A stretch of 64,000 nt of DNA from an uncultured Rhodospirillales bacterium (GTDB lineage Bacteria > Pseudomonadota > Alphaproteobacteria > CACIAM-22H2): NCBI GenBank assembly GCA_937926175.1, contig CALANV010000058.1:47544-111543 (forward strand), written 5' to 3'. The notes beneath the pieces were generated by a model that was given only the letters and a program-made list of their open reading frames with translations, made no database searches and was not told the origin of the DNA. Made by a program: the position numbers and the translations under genes. Shown one piece after another: positions 50,864-60,177 of this stretch. Position 1 is the stretch's first letter; the number at the start of each line of letters is the position of its first letter.

Positions 50864-51523
50864 TCAGGCCGCCCTGTTCGGACCGGGGTCGTCGTCACCG
50901 TCCGGCAGGTTGGGGTTGCGTATCGGTCTTGGACGCAGCGGGATGACCCGCCGCTCGTCTCTGTCGTCGTCGGGGGCGCGCCGTTTTTCCTGGTCGTCGG
51001 TTGCGCTGGGGCGCGGCCAGTAACGGTACGGTGCGCGAAGGAAACGGCCTTCCGCTTCGGGTTGATAGGCGACCCGTTCGACGGTTGCGATCCAGCGCAT
51101 GCCCTCCCGGGCCGTGTAGGCCATCGCGCTTCCCGCCCGAAGCCCGAGCAGGGCCGCGCCAAGCGGCGACAGGACCGGAATCGCCGTACCGACGGCCCAA
51201 TGCGTCTCGTCGTAGACGAGCGTGCCGGATTCGACCGGATGGGTTATGTGGCGGCGGAAGAAGACCCGCGAGTTCATCGTGACCACGTCAGCGGGAATCA
51301 CGCCCGGGCGGCAGATGGTCGCACGGTCGAGTTCGTCGGAGAGAAAGCGCAGGATGGCCTCGTCGACATGGTCGCGCGACCGGTCGATCAACGAACGCAG
51401 CCGATCATGGTCATGGCAGGTGATCAGCAGCGGCGGCAGATCGGACGCCGATATCTTGGTACGCTCGCCGGTCGGTTGCGCGTCGTTCGGCGTGCGAACG
51501 TCCGTATCGGCTGAATTGATCAT
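50864..51523 (-). CDS. second Rnk/GreAB-family paralog with Asp/Pro-rich C-terminal extension
   Basis: MINSADTDV...GTLVYDETHWAVGTAIPVLSPLGAALLGLRAGSAMAY... then an acidic, Pro-rich tail of about 70 aa. SD GGAGGAAGGAAG. Confidence 0.7.
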   Translation of the reverse strand: MINSADTDVRTPNDAQPTGERTKISASDLPPLLITCHDHDRLRSLIDRSRDHVDEAILRFLSDELDRATICRPGVIPADVVTMNSRVFFRRHITHPVESGTLVYDETHWAVGTAIPVLSPLGAALLGLRAGSAMAYTAREGMRWIATVERVAYQPEAEGRFLRAPYRYWPRPSATDDQEKRRAPDDDRDERRVIPLRPRPIRNPNLPDGDDDPGPNRAA

Positions 51524-52227
51524 GGCAGACTTCCTTCCTCCTGACCTCTTGCTTCGCGGCAAGGCGGGGCCGGATCGAAACGGGCCGGCCTTGTTCCGGC
51601 CACGCGCAACCGCATCGCCGTCGCACGCGGCGGGACCGCCGAAACGCAGATGGACGATCTGGGGGAATTAGGTTTGGCCCCGGAGGCGGCACACGACCCT
51701 AAAGCGCATCAGCCGCACGGCGGGGCAAACGTCGGTTTGACGCAACCCGCTCCCTGGATGATCCAGCGCCGGGGGCGCGGAAGTCCAGAAAGGATCGAAG
51801 TCCGAAACATCGCATCGTTACTATATGGTCGCGCCACGGCAAGTTCAACGTGGCGCGGACGTCGCCGAAGGTTCACGCTTCTGCTGTCGTGACGGACGGC
51901 AATCGCGCGCCACGCGGTGTTCGTCCGGACGTGAACGGTCGGGAGCAGCTTTCGCTTGCGCGACGCGGGACGGCTGCCGATCATCGCCTGACACGTGCCC
52001 GGATTCCGCGTCACGATACGAGTCGATCGATTGCGGACATTCGCGCCGAGGCGCCATCGGCGTTGAAGCAGCGCGTGGAACATGGAATGAGGTGTGTGAT
52101 CGGCTCGAGCAGACGATGGCATGGCCCGATGATCAACCGGCGCGTCCCGAGAAGTCTCGGCCGACCGAAAGCGGCCCATCGCCGACGGCGTGACGCGCAG
52201 GCGTTCGGCGTCGGAGGGAACCGCCCG

Positions 52228-53229
52228 TTGACGGCACGCGCCCTCAGGCGGTCGCTGGCCGCGGCCGGCGGCCTTCTGCTGGCCGTGGCGGCGCAGCCCG
52301 TCGCGGCATTCGATGCGCAGGGCCATCGCGGCGTGCGGGGCCTGATGCCGGAGAACACGCTGCCGGCCTTCGCGACGGCGCTGTCGATCGGCGTGACGAC
52401 GCTCGAGTTCGACGTCGGCATTACCAGGGACGGGGCGGTGGTGATCGCGCATGACCGGCGTCTCAATCCCGACATCGCGCGGCGCGACGGCGTCTATGTC
52501 GAGGCGCCGGGACCGGCAATTCACACACTCACGCTTGCGGAACTCCGGAACTACGACGTCGGCACGCTGCGCCCCGGTTCGCGCTATGCCGCGCAATGGC
52601 CGCAGCAAAAGCAGCTTTCGGGCGTGCGGATTCCGACCGTGGGCGAGCTTGCCGCGCTCGTGCGCCGGGCCAACAATGCGCAGGTCCGATTCAATGTCGA
52701 GACGAAGATTTCCCCGCTCGCACCGGACGAGACCGTCGATCCGGAGGTCTTCGCATCGACGCTCGTCAAGGCGCTGCGCCGGGAGGGGATCGCGGCGCGC
52801 AGCACCGTTCAGTCGTTCGATTGGCGCACGCTCAGGGCCGTGCAGCGACTGGCGCCCGAAATCGCCACCGTCTGCCTGACCATCGAGCGCGGCGAGAACG
52901 ATAATGTCCAGCGGGGAAAGGATGGCGCCAGTCCCTGGCTTGCCGGGCTCGATGTCGACGATTATGCCGGCTCGGTCCCGCATGCGGTCGACGCGGCCGG
53001 CTGCCGCATCTGGTCGCCGTTCCATCGCGATCTCACACCCGACGCGCTGGCGACGGCTAAGGCGCTCGGCCTTGCGGTCGTCACCTGGACCGTCAACGAG
53101 CCCGCCGAGATGCGGCGCCTGATCGACAACGGCGTCGACGGAATCATCACCGACTATCCTGATCGCTTGCGCGCGGTCATGGCCGAGCAAAACATGCCAC
53201 TTCCTCCAGCAACACCGGTTGAACCATGA
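52228..53229 (+). CDS. glycerophosphodiester phosphodiesterase (GDPD/UgpQ-GlpQ family), secreted
   Basis: Signal peptide LTARALRRSLAAAGGLLLAVAAQPVAA, then FDAQGHRGVRGLMPENTLPAF...EFDV GDPD motifs. TTG start with SD GGAGGGAA. Alternative ATG at 52126. Confidence 0.75.
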   Translation: MTARALRRSLAAAGGLLLAVAAQPVAAFDAQGHRGVRGLMPENTLPAFATALSIGVTTLEFDVGITRDGAVVIAHDRRLNPDIARRDGVYVEAPGPAIHTLTLAELRNYDVGTLRPGSRYAAQWPQQKQLSGVRIPTVGELAALVRRANNAQVRFNVETKISPLAPDETVDPEVFASTLVKALRREGIAARSTVQSFDWRTLRAVQRLAPEIATVCLTIERGENDNVQRGKDGASPWLAGLDVDDYAGSVPHAVDAAGCRIWSPFHRDLTPDALATAKALGLAVVTWTVNEPAEMRRLIDNGVDGIITDYPDRLRAVMAEQNMPLPPATPVEP

Positions 53230-53894
53230 GCGGACCTCGCATTGCCCTCATCCACGCCCTGCCCGAATCCCCCGAACCGGCGAACAAGGCCTTCGCCGAA
53301 CTGTGGCCGGATGCGGCGCGCTTCAATCTCATGGACGACTCGCTGGCGCCCGATGTCGCGGCCGCCGGGTCGGTCACGCCGGCGATCGTCCAGCGTTTTC
53401 TCGATCTGTCGCACTATGCGGCGGGCACTGGCGCCGAGGCCATCCTGTTCACCTGTTCGGCCTTCGGCACGGCGATCGACGCGTGCAAGAAGGCGCTGTC
53501 GATTCCGGTGCTGAAGCCGAACGAGGCCGCCCTCGAGGAGGCGCTTGCCGCCGGTCCGCGCATCGCACTTCTCGCGACCTTCGGGCCGACCATTCCTTCG
53601 ATGACGGCGGAACTCGAGTCGATGGCCAAGGACCGCGGCATCGTGCCGACGATCATCACCCGCGTCGTCGAGGGCGCGCTGGACGCACTCAAGGCCGGCC
53701 GCGGCGACGAGCACGACCGGCTGATCGCCGAGGCCGCCGCCCAGCTGCCGCCGGTCGATGCGCTCGTACTCGCGCAATTCTCGATGGCCCGTGCGGCGCG
53801 CGCGATCGCGCCGGTCGAGGGCCGCAAGGTGATCACGACGCCGGCCAGCGCCGTCGCCAAGCTGCGGCAGTTGGTGGAGAAACGGTCGGCCTGA
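53226..53894 (+). CDS. Asp/Glu/hydantoin-racemase-superfamily protein
   Basis: MSGPRIALIHALPES...ILFTCSAFG... two-Cys racemase-fold pattern. ATGA overlap with the GDPD gene. Confidence 0.65.
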   Translation: MSGPRIALIHALPESPEPANKAFAELWPDAARFNLMDDSLAPDVAAAGSVTPAIVQRFLDLSHYAAGTGAEAILFTCSAFGTAIDACKKALSIPVLKPNEAALEEALAAGPRIALLATFGPTIPSMTAELESMAKDRGIVPTIITRVVEGALDALKAGRGDEHDRLIAEAAAQLPPVDALVLAQFSMARAARAIAPVEGRKVITTPASAVAKLRQLVEKRSA

Positions 53895-54050
53895 CGGTCG
53901 CCGCATCGAGCGCGCACGTCGCGCCACGCCACTTCCGCCGGAGGAAAGGGATGGTACATGCCACGCGCGTGGGCCGTCCCTCCGGCGCGAGAGGGGAAAT
54001 GCGAGACATGCGGGTGAAGAGCGGGCGTATCGGCCTGGCTATCGCCGCCG

Positions 54051-54239
54051 TCAGCTCACCGTTTCTTCGTCCCGGATCGCGCTCCGAACCTTGGCGCGCA
54101 ATTCGTTCGACATGCGCTCGATACCGTGGACGGTGCGTGCGTGCTCAGCCGCCTTCATCATCACGTCTTCCTCGTTATCGCCGCGCGCGACGTAGTCGCA
54201 CCCGGGCACGATCGCACCGCATTCGATCCGTTTGCGCAT
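54051..54239 (-). CDS. DUF1059 small metal-binding protein
   Basis: MRKRIECGAIVPGCDYVARGDNEEDVMMKAAEHARTVHGIERMSNELRAKV. The ORF allows an earlier start at 54290. Confidence 0.65.
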   Translation of the reverse strand: MRKRIECGAIVPGCDYVARGDNEEDVMMKAAEHARTVHGIERMSNELRAKVRSAIRDEETVS

Positions 54240-54378
54240 CGCGGATTCCCTCTCTGCAGATCTGTTCATTTCGTCCGATTTCAGGGACATGAACGCAGCA
54301 GCCGGCCCGAGGTTGCAGGACGGGGGCGATGAACGGAGCCGCTACCCGATCGGCGGCCGGGTCGCGGGGTGACGACCA

Positions 54379-54876
54379 ATGCCGGCCTGCTTCGTGATTT
54401 TCGGGGCGCGGTTGCGGCCCGACGGGTCGCCGGGACCGGCCCTGCGTCGTCGCGTCGCGGCCGCGCTTGAGGCGGCGCGCGGCATGCCGGATGCCGTCTT
54501 CCTCGTCACCGGCGGTCAGCCGCGGGCACACCGCACCGAAGCCGCGGTGATGCTTCATCTGCTGGAAGAGGCCGGCATCCCGCGCGCGCGCATCATCGTC
54601 GAAGACAAGGCGGCGAATACCCGGGCCTCCGCCTATCTCTGCGCCGCGATACTGCGCGCGCGGGGCGATCTGTCCCCGGTGTTTGCCTGCTCCGACCGCT
54701 TTCATCTGCCGCGCTGCGTGTGGCTGCTGCGGCTGGCCGGCGTTCGGGCCACGGCAGCGCGCGTGCCGGACGAACGGCGGCAGATGCGGCCGGCGCTGTG
54801 GGGCTTCCATGTCGCGCGCGAGATCGCGGCGATCGTCTACGACACCCTCGCGATGGGATTGCGTCGACGCGGGTAA
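54379..54876 (+). CDS. YdcF/DUF218 (ElyC/SanA-like) family protein
   Basis: MPACFVIFGARLRPDGSPGPALRRRVAAALEAARGMPDAVFLVTGGQP... DUF218 fold motifs. Confidence 0.7.
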   Translation: MPACFVIFGARLRPDGSPGPALRRRVAAALEAARGMPDAVFLVTGGQPRAHRTEAAVMLHLLEEAGIPRARIIVEDKAANTRASAYLCAAILRARGDLSPVFACSDRFHLPRCVWLLRLAGVRATAARVPDERRQMRPALWGFHVAREIAAIVYDTLAMGLRRRG

Positions 54877-54892
54877 ACGGCCGCGCGCCGGT

Positions 54893-55099
54893 TCAGGCGA
54901 GGGCGATCTCACCGTCGACGGTGTGGTGCAGGTCGGTGCCTTCCAGGGTCAGCACGACCCGTGCCTTCAGCTTTTCGTCGCCCTTCAGCCGGCCGGCTTT
55001 CACGGCCGCATGCACGGCGTTCTCGATCTCGCGCTGCGACGTCACGCCGACCAGCTTCAGGAACTTGCGCAGCTCCATGTTGAACACGTCCTCGTTCAT
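54893..55099 (-). CDS. small conserved hypothetical protein (68 aa)
   Basis: MNEDVFNMELRKFLKLVGVTSQREIENAVHAAVKAGRLKGDEKLKARVVLTLEGTDLHHTVDGEIALA. SD GGAGGG. Confidence 0.6.
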   Translation of the reverse strand: MNEDVFNMELRKFLKLVGVTSQREIENAVHAAVKAGRLKGDEKLKARVVLTLEGTDLHHTVDGEIALA

Positions 55100-55222
55100 G
55101 CCTTCGCCCTCCATTGCTTGACCGGTAGCGCCAGCGTGGCACGCGGCGTCCGTCTTTACAAAGGTCCGTCTGTGGTCCACCCGGCACCCTGATGGGAGGC
55201 CGGTTGCCTGATGGTCGGCTCG

Positions 55223-55241
55223 TTTGTATTCTGTATACAAA
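55223..55241 (+). promoter_or_regulatory. candidate GntR-family operator (7-5-7 inverted repeat containing the TGTATACA core)
   Basis: TTTGTATtctgTATACAAA ends 2 nt before the GntR start codon. Confidence 0.5.
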
Positions 55242-55243
55242 CG

Positions 55244-55954
55244 ATGGAACGCTTGTCCCTGCATCCTCCGCTGGCCGAGCGCGTCTATGCGGCGATCCGC
55301 GATGCGATCTGCAGCGGCGAGCTGCCGCCCGGCGCCCGGCTCACGCAGGAGCAGCTCGCCGCCCGTCTCGACGTGTCGCGGCAACCGGTACTGCAGGCGC
55401 TCATTCTCCTGAAGAAGCAGGGCTTCGTGCGCGAGGTCGGCCGCCGCGGCGTCGTCGTGGCGCCGCTCGACCCGGTCTTCGTCGCGCAGCTCTACGAGGT
55501 GCGCGCCGCGCTCGACGGGCTCGCATGCCGTGCGGCCGCGGCGCGGCGCCCGGACGAGGCGCGTCGGCACGGTCCCGCCTTGATCGAGGCCGGGCGCGCC
55601 GCCGTGCGCTCGGGCTCGGTCGCGCAGATGGTCGAGGCCGATATCCGCTTCCATCAGTTTCTCTACGAGCTGTCCGGCAACCCGCTGATCGCCGAGACGG
55701 CGGCGCTTCACTGGCTGCACATACGCCGCGTCATGGGAGGCTACCTGCAGCGGGACCGCGCGCGCGACGACATCTGGGACGAGCACGCCGCCATTCTCGG
55801 GGCCGTGGCCGACGGCGCCGCCGAGCGGGCCGAGCGTCTGGCGCGCGAGCATGCCGAGACGTCGGCGCGCAAGCTCACCGGCGCGCTCGCAGCCGAACAC
55901 GCGCCGCAACACGATCTTCGCGAAGATGCGCAGAAAGGGAGGAACGCACGATGA
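55244..55954 (+). CDS. GntR-family transcriptional regulator (FadR/FCD subfamily)
   Basis: N-terminal wHTH (ERVYAAIRDAICSGELPPGARLTQEQLAARLDVSRQPV), FCD C-terminal domain. Confidence 0.9.
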   Translation: MERLSLHPPLAERVYAAIRDAICSGELPPGARLTQEQLAARLDVSRQPVLQALILLKKQGFVREVGRRGVVVAPLDPVFVAQLYEVRAALDGLACRAAAARRPDEARRHGPALIEAGRAAVRSGSVAQMVEADIRFHQFLYELSGNPLIAETAALHWLHIRRVMGGYLQRDRARDDIWDEHAAILGAVADGAAERAERLAREHAETSARKLTGALAAEHAPQHDLREDAQKGRNAR

Positions 55955-56757
55955 AACTGAGCGAGCAGCAGATCCGCGAGTTCGAGGAGTTGGGATACCT
56001 GTTCCTGCCCAACGTCTTCACGCCCGAGGAAATGGATATCCTCAACGCCGAGGTCCCCGGGATCTTCGCCCAGAGGCGGGACGAGGTGATCCGCGAGAAG
56101 GGATCCGACGCGCCGCGCTCGGCGTTCTACGTGCAGACATGGAACGAGGTCTTCGGCCTCGTTGCCCGTCATCCGCGCCTGGTCGAGCCCGCGATGCAGC
56201 TTCTCGGCTCCGACAAGCTCTACATGCATCAGTTCAAGATCAACGCCAAGGCCGCTTTCGACGGCGCCGTGTGGCAGTGGCATCAGGATTACGCGACCTG
56301 GTACAACGACGACGACATGCCCGAGCCCAAGGCGATGAACATCGCGCTGTTCCTGGCCGAGGCGAACGAGTTCAACGGCCCGTTGATGTTCATTCCGCGG
56401 AGCCACCGCAAGGGCCGGCTCGAGGCCGGGCACGACACGACGACGACGAGCTATCCGCTATGGACGATCGACAACGACACGATCACCAGGCTCGTCAACG
56501 AGGGCGGGATCGTCGCGCCGAAGGGGCCGCCGGGCTCCGTGCTCCTGTTCCACGGCAACATCGTGCATGCGTCGGGCTCCAATCTGACGCCGTGGTCGCG
56601 GTGGATCCTGTATCTTTCGCTCAATCGCTGCGACAATGCGATCCGGCGGTTCAAGCGGCCGACCTGGATCGCCAACCGTGATTTCACGCCGATCGAGATG
56701 CTGCCGGATGACTGTCTGATCCAGTACGCGCGGTGGCGCGCGAGCGCGGCGGAATGA
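55951..56757 (+). CDS. PhyH-superfamily Fe(II)/2-oxoglutarate dioxygenase, ectoine-hydroxylase (EctD)-like
   Basis: WQWHQDYATWYNDDDMPEPKAMNIALFLAEANEFNGPLMFIPRSHRKG resembles the EctD signature (WHSDFETWH...NGPLM..PGSH). ATGA-coupled to GntR. SD AAAGGGAGGAA. Confidence 0.75.
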   Translation: MKLSEQQIREFEELGYLFLPNVFTPEEMDILNAEVPGIFAQRRDEVIREKGSDAPRSAFYVQTWNEVFGLVARHPRLVEPAMQLLGSDKLYMHQFKINAKAAFDGAVWQWHQDYATWYNDDDMPEPKAMNIALFLAEANEFNGPLMFIPRSHRKGRLEAGHDTTTTSYPLWTIDNDTITRLVNEGGIVAPKGPPGSVLLFHGNIVHASGSNLTPWSRWILYLSLNRCDNAIRRFKRPTWIANRDFTPIEMLPDDCLIQYARWRASAAE

Positions 56758-56810
56758 GGTGACCTGATCCTCTCCCGCCGGAAAGGGAATCGGAGCGAAG
56801 GAAGGGACAC

Positions 56811-58178
56811 ATGAATCTGCACCGTCTCCTCAGCCGGCGTGCCGCCGAGGGCAAGCCGCTGCGCGTCGGCCTGATCGGTGCCGGCAAGTTCGGCACGATG
56901 TATCTCGCCCAGGCGCTGCGCACGCCAGGCGTGCACGTGCTCGGCATCGCCGACCTGTCGGTGCCGCGCGCCCGCGACGCGCTGACGCGCACCGGCTGGC
57001 CTGCCGAGCGGATCGGCGCCCGCAGCCTCGACGATGCGCTGAAGACCGGCGCCACGCATGTCGGTGACGATGTCGAGGCGCTGATCAAGGCGCCCGGTCT
57101 CGACATCGTCATCGAGGCGACCGGCAATCCGCCGGCGGCGGTGAGCCACGCACTCAAGGCGTTCGCCGCCGGAAAGCACGTGATCATGGTGACGGTCGAG
57201 GCGGACGCCTTTTGCGGTCCGCTGCTCGCCCGGCGTGCCGCCGCGGCCGGCGTCATCTACAGCCTGGCCTATGGCGATCAGCCGGCGCTGATCTGCGACC
57301 TCGTCGACTGGGCGCGCGCCGCCGGCTTCGACGTCGTCGCGGCGGGCCGCGGCCACAAGTGGCTGCCGCACTATCACCAGTCGACGCCGGACACGGTGTG
57401 GGAACACTGGGGCCTGAGCGCCGAGCAGGCCAAACTCGGCGGCCTCAATCCGCAGATGTTCAACTCGTTCCTCGACGGCTCCAAGCCGGCGATCGAGAGC
57501 ACGGCGGTGTGCAACGCGACCGGACTGGTGCCGCCGCCGCACGGGCTTGAATTTCCGCCGTGCTCGATCGCCGACATGCCGTTCGTCTGCCGCCCGAAAT
57601 CCGAAGGCGGTCAGCTTCACGTCAAGGGCCAGGTCGAAGTCCTGTCGTCGCTGGAGCGCGACGGACGGCCCATCCCCGACAACATCCGTTGGGGCGTGTT
57701 CGTCGTGTTCGAAGGCGACAGCGAATATGTGCGCCGTTGCTTCAAGGAGTACGGGCTCGTCACCGATCCGAGCGGCCGCTACAGCGCGATGTACAAGCGC
57801 TGGCATCTGATCGGGCTCGAGCTCGGTATCTCCGTCGCCTCGGTGGGGTTGCGCGGCGAGCCGACCGGCTGTCCGGACGGGTTCCGTGCCGACGTCGTCG
57901 CGACGGCGAAGCGCGATCTCAAGGCCGGCGAAATTCTCGACGGCGAAGGCGGCTACACGGTATATGGCCGGCTGATGCCGGCGGTCGACAGCCTCGCCCT
58001 GGGCGGCCTGCCGCTTGGTCTCGCGCACAAGGTGAAGCTCGTCAACCCGATCAAGGCGGGACAGCCGGTGCGATGGGCCGACGTGCAGGTCGACGACAGC
58101 CTCGAGGCCGTTCAGATCCGCCGCGAGATGGAGACGATCTTTCGCGCCGAGATCGGCGCGCGCCACGCCGCCGACTGA
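56811..58178 (+). CDS. NAD(P)-binding oxidoreductase, homoserine-dehydrogenase-like with C-terminal SAF domain (COG4091-type)
   Basis: LRVGLIGAGKFGTMY Rossmann N-terminus. 455 aa. Confidence 0.65.
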   Translation: MNLHRLLSRRAAEGKPLRVGLIGAGKFGTMYLAQALRTPGVHVLGIADLSVPRARDALTRTGWPAERIGARSLDDALKTGATHVGDDVEALIKAPGLDIVIEATGNPPAAVSHALKAFAAGKHVIMVTVEADAFCGPLLARRAAAAGVIYSLAYGDQPALICDLVDWARAAGFDVVAAGRGHKWLPHYHQSTPDTVWEHWGLSAEQAKLGGLNPQMFNSFLDGSKPAIESTAVCNATGLVPPPHGLEFPPCSIADMPFVCRPKSEGGQLHVKGQVEVLSSLERDGRPIPDNIRWGVFVVFEGDSEYVRRCFKEYGLVTDPSGRYSAMYKRWHLIGLELGISVASVGLRGEPTGCPDGFRADVVATAKRDLKAGEILDGEGGYTVYGRLMPAVDSLALGGLPLGLAHKVKLVNPIKAGQPVRWADVQVDDSLEAVQIRREMETIFRAEIGARHAAD

Positions 58179-58186
58179 ATGTCAGC

Positions 58187-59146
58187 ATGACCTTCTCGAC
58201 CGCGATCACCGAACGACTGGGTATCCGTCATCCGATCATCCTTGCGCCGATGGGCGGTGTGGCCGGCGGCGAACTCGCAGCGGCGGTGACGCGCGCCGGT
58301 GGCCTCGGCCTGATCGGCGCCGGCTATGCCGACGAGGACTGGATCGGTCAGCAATTCGATGCCACCGGTGACGTGCAGGTCGGCATCGGATTCATCACTT
58401 GGCATCTCGCCAAGCATCCGGCACGGCTGGAGGCGGCACTTGCCCGCAAGCCCCGCGCCGTCATGCTGTCCTTCGGCGACGCTGCGCCGTTCACCGACAG
58501 GATCAAACGGGCTGGCGCGGCGCTGATCATGCAGGTGCAATCGCCGGCCGAGGCGGTCGAGGCGAAGCGGCTGGGCGCCGACGTCATCGTCGCCCAGGGC
58601 AGCGAGGCGGGCGGGCACGGCACGACGGCCCGCGGGCTGCTGCCGCTGTTGCCTGCCGTCGTCGATGCGGTCGCACCGACGCCGGTCGCGGCCGCGGGCG
58701 GCATCGTCGACGGGCGGGGATTGGCGGCGGCGCTGGCGCTCGGCGCCGCGGGCGTCCTCGTCGGTACGCGGTTTTACGCTGCGCGCGAATCGCTCGGCCA
58801 TGACGAGGCGAAGGCACGCATCGTTGCAGCGCGTGCCGAGGAGACGGTGCGCACGCACGTCTTCGACGTGGTGCGCGGACTCGACTGGCCGAAGCAGTAC
58901 ACCGGGCGCGCCATCCGCAATGACTTCACCCGGCGCTGGCACGGGCGCGAAGCGGCGCTTGAGGCCGCGCTCGCTGACGAGCGCGTGCGCTATGCCGACG
59001 CCGCTGCGGCGGGCGATTTCACGACCGCCGTGGTGTGGGCGGGCGAAGGCGTCGACCTGATCGACCGTGTCCTTCCCGCCGCCGACATCGTCCGGCAGAT
59101 GATCGAACAGGCCGAGGCGGCGCTCGCGCGCATCAAACGGGCCTGA
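58187..59146 (+). CDS. NMO-family FMN-dependent oxidoreductase (nitronate monooxygenase / 2-nitropropane dioxygenase-like)
   Basis: MTFSTAITERLGIRHPIILAPMGGVAGGELAAAVTRAGGLGLIG...AQGSEAGGHG. Confidence 0.85.
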   Translation: MTFSTAITERLGIRHPIILAPMGGVAGGELAAAVTRAGGLGLIGAGYADEDWIGQQFDATGDVQVGIGFITWHLAKHPARLEAALARKPRAVMLSFGDAAPFTDRIKRAGAALIMQVQSPAEAVEAKRLGADVIVAQGSEAGGHGTTARGLLPLLPAVVDAVAPTPVAAAGGIVDGRGLAAALALGAAGVLVGTRFYAARESLGHDEAKARIVAARAEETVRTHVFDVVRGLDWPKQYTGRAIRNDFTRRWHGREAALEAALADERVRYADAAAAGDFTTAVVWAGEGVDLIDRVLPAADIVRQMIEQAEAALARIKRA

Positions 59147-59322
59147 CGTCGGCCGACGGCCGTCCGGCGCGGTACCACTGGCGAAGACGCGCCGCATCGG
59201 CTAGCTGTTGACGCCGATCGGTCCCCCGACCATCCCTCGGCTGATTTCTCCTGCGCGAGCGGCAGGGGGGCTCTGTTCCAGGGGCCAGGGCACGGATTGT
59301 TGCGGCCCCGAGCGAAGCGGTA

Positions 59323-60171
59323 GTGATGATGAGTGCGACCAGTCGGAACGTCCGGATCACCACGCGGGATCTGCGTGCGCGCAAGGGGGCCGTACCGATC
59401 ACGGCGCTCACGGCCTACACCACACCGATCGCACGATTGCTCGATCCGCACTGCGACCTGCTGCTGGTCGGCGACTCCCTCGGCATGGTGATCTACGGCA
59501 TGGAGAGCACGCTCGGTGTCACGCTCGATATGATGATCCGCCACGGCGCGGCGGTGATGCGCGGGTCGCAGCGCGCCTGCGTCATCGTCGATCTGCCGTT
59601 CGGCTCGTATCAGGAATCGCCACAGCAGGCGTTCCGCAGCGCGGCGCGGGTGATGGCCGAGACCGGTTGCGCCGGCGTCAAACTCGAGGGTGGAGCGGAG
59701 ATGGCGGAAACGATCGCGTTCCTGGTCGAGCGCGGCATCCCCGTGCTGGGTCATATCGGCCTGAAGCCGCAATCGGTGCACAGCCACGGCGGCTTCCGCG
59801 CCCAGGGGCGCGAGAAGTCCGAGGCGGATCGGATCATGGCCGATGCCGACGCGGTCCAGGCGGCAGGCGCGTTTGCCACCGTGCTGGAAGGTACGATCGA
59901 GCCGGTCGCGCGCGCGGTCACCGAGCGGCTCGACATTCCGGTGATCGGCATCGGGGCATCGCCCGCCTGCGACGGTCAGATCCTCGTCACCGACGACATG
60001 ATCGGACTGTTCGCCGACTTCACGCCGAAGTTCGTGAAACGCTACGCGGCGGTCGGCGAGGCCATCGTCCGGGCGGCAGAGGCCTATGCCGCGGACGTAC
60101 GCGCCCGACGGTTTCCCGCGGCCGAGCACTGCTTCGGATCGCGCACCGAGACCTCTTCCCAGCAAGTCTGA
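59323..60171 (+). CDS. panB: 3-methyl-2-oxobutanoate hydroxymethyltransferase
   Basis: ITALTAYT...VGDSLGMV...VKLEGG. Confidence 0.9.
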   Translation: MMMSATSRNVRITTRDLRARKGAVPITALTAYTTPIARLLDPHCDLLLVGDSLGMVIYGMESTLGVTLDMMIRHGAAVMRGSQRACVIVDLPFGSYQESPQQAFRSAARVMAETGCAGVKLEGGAEMAETIAFLVERGIPVLGHIGLKPQSVHSHGGFRAQGREKSEADRIMADADAVQAAGAFATVLEGTIEPVARAVTERLDIPVIGIGASPACDGQILVTDDMIGLFADFTPKFVKRYAAVGEAIVRAAEAYAADVRARRFPAAEHCFGSRTETSSQQV

Positions 60172-60177
60172 ACCACC

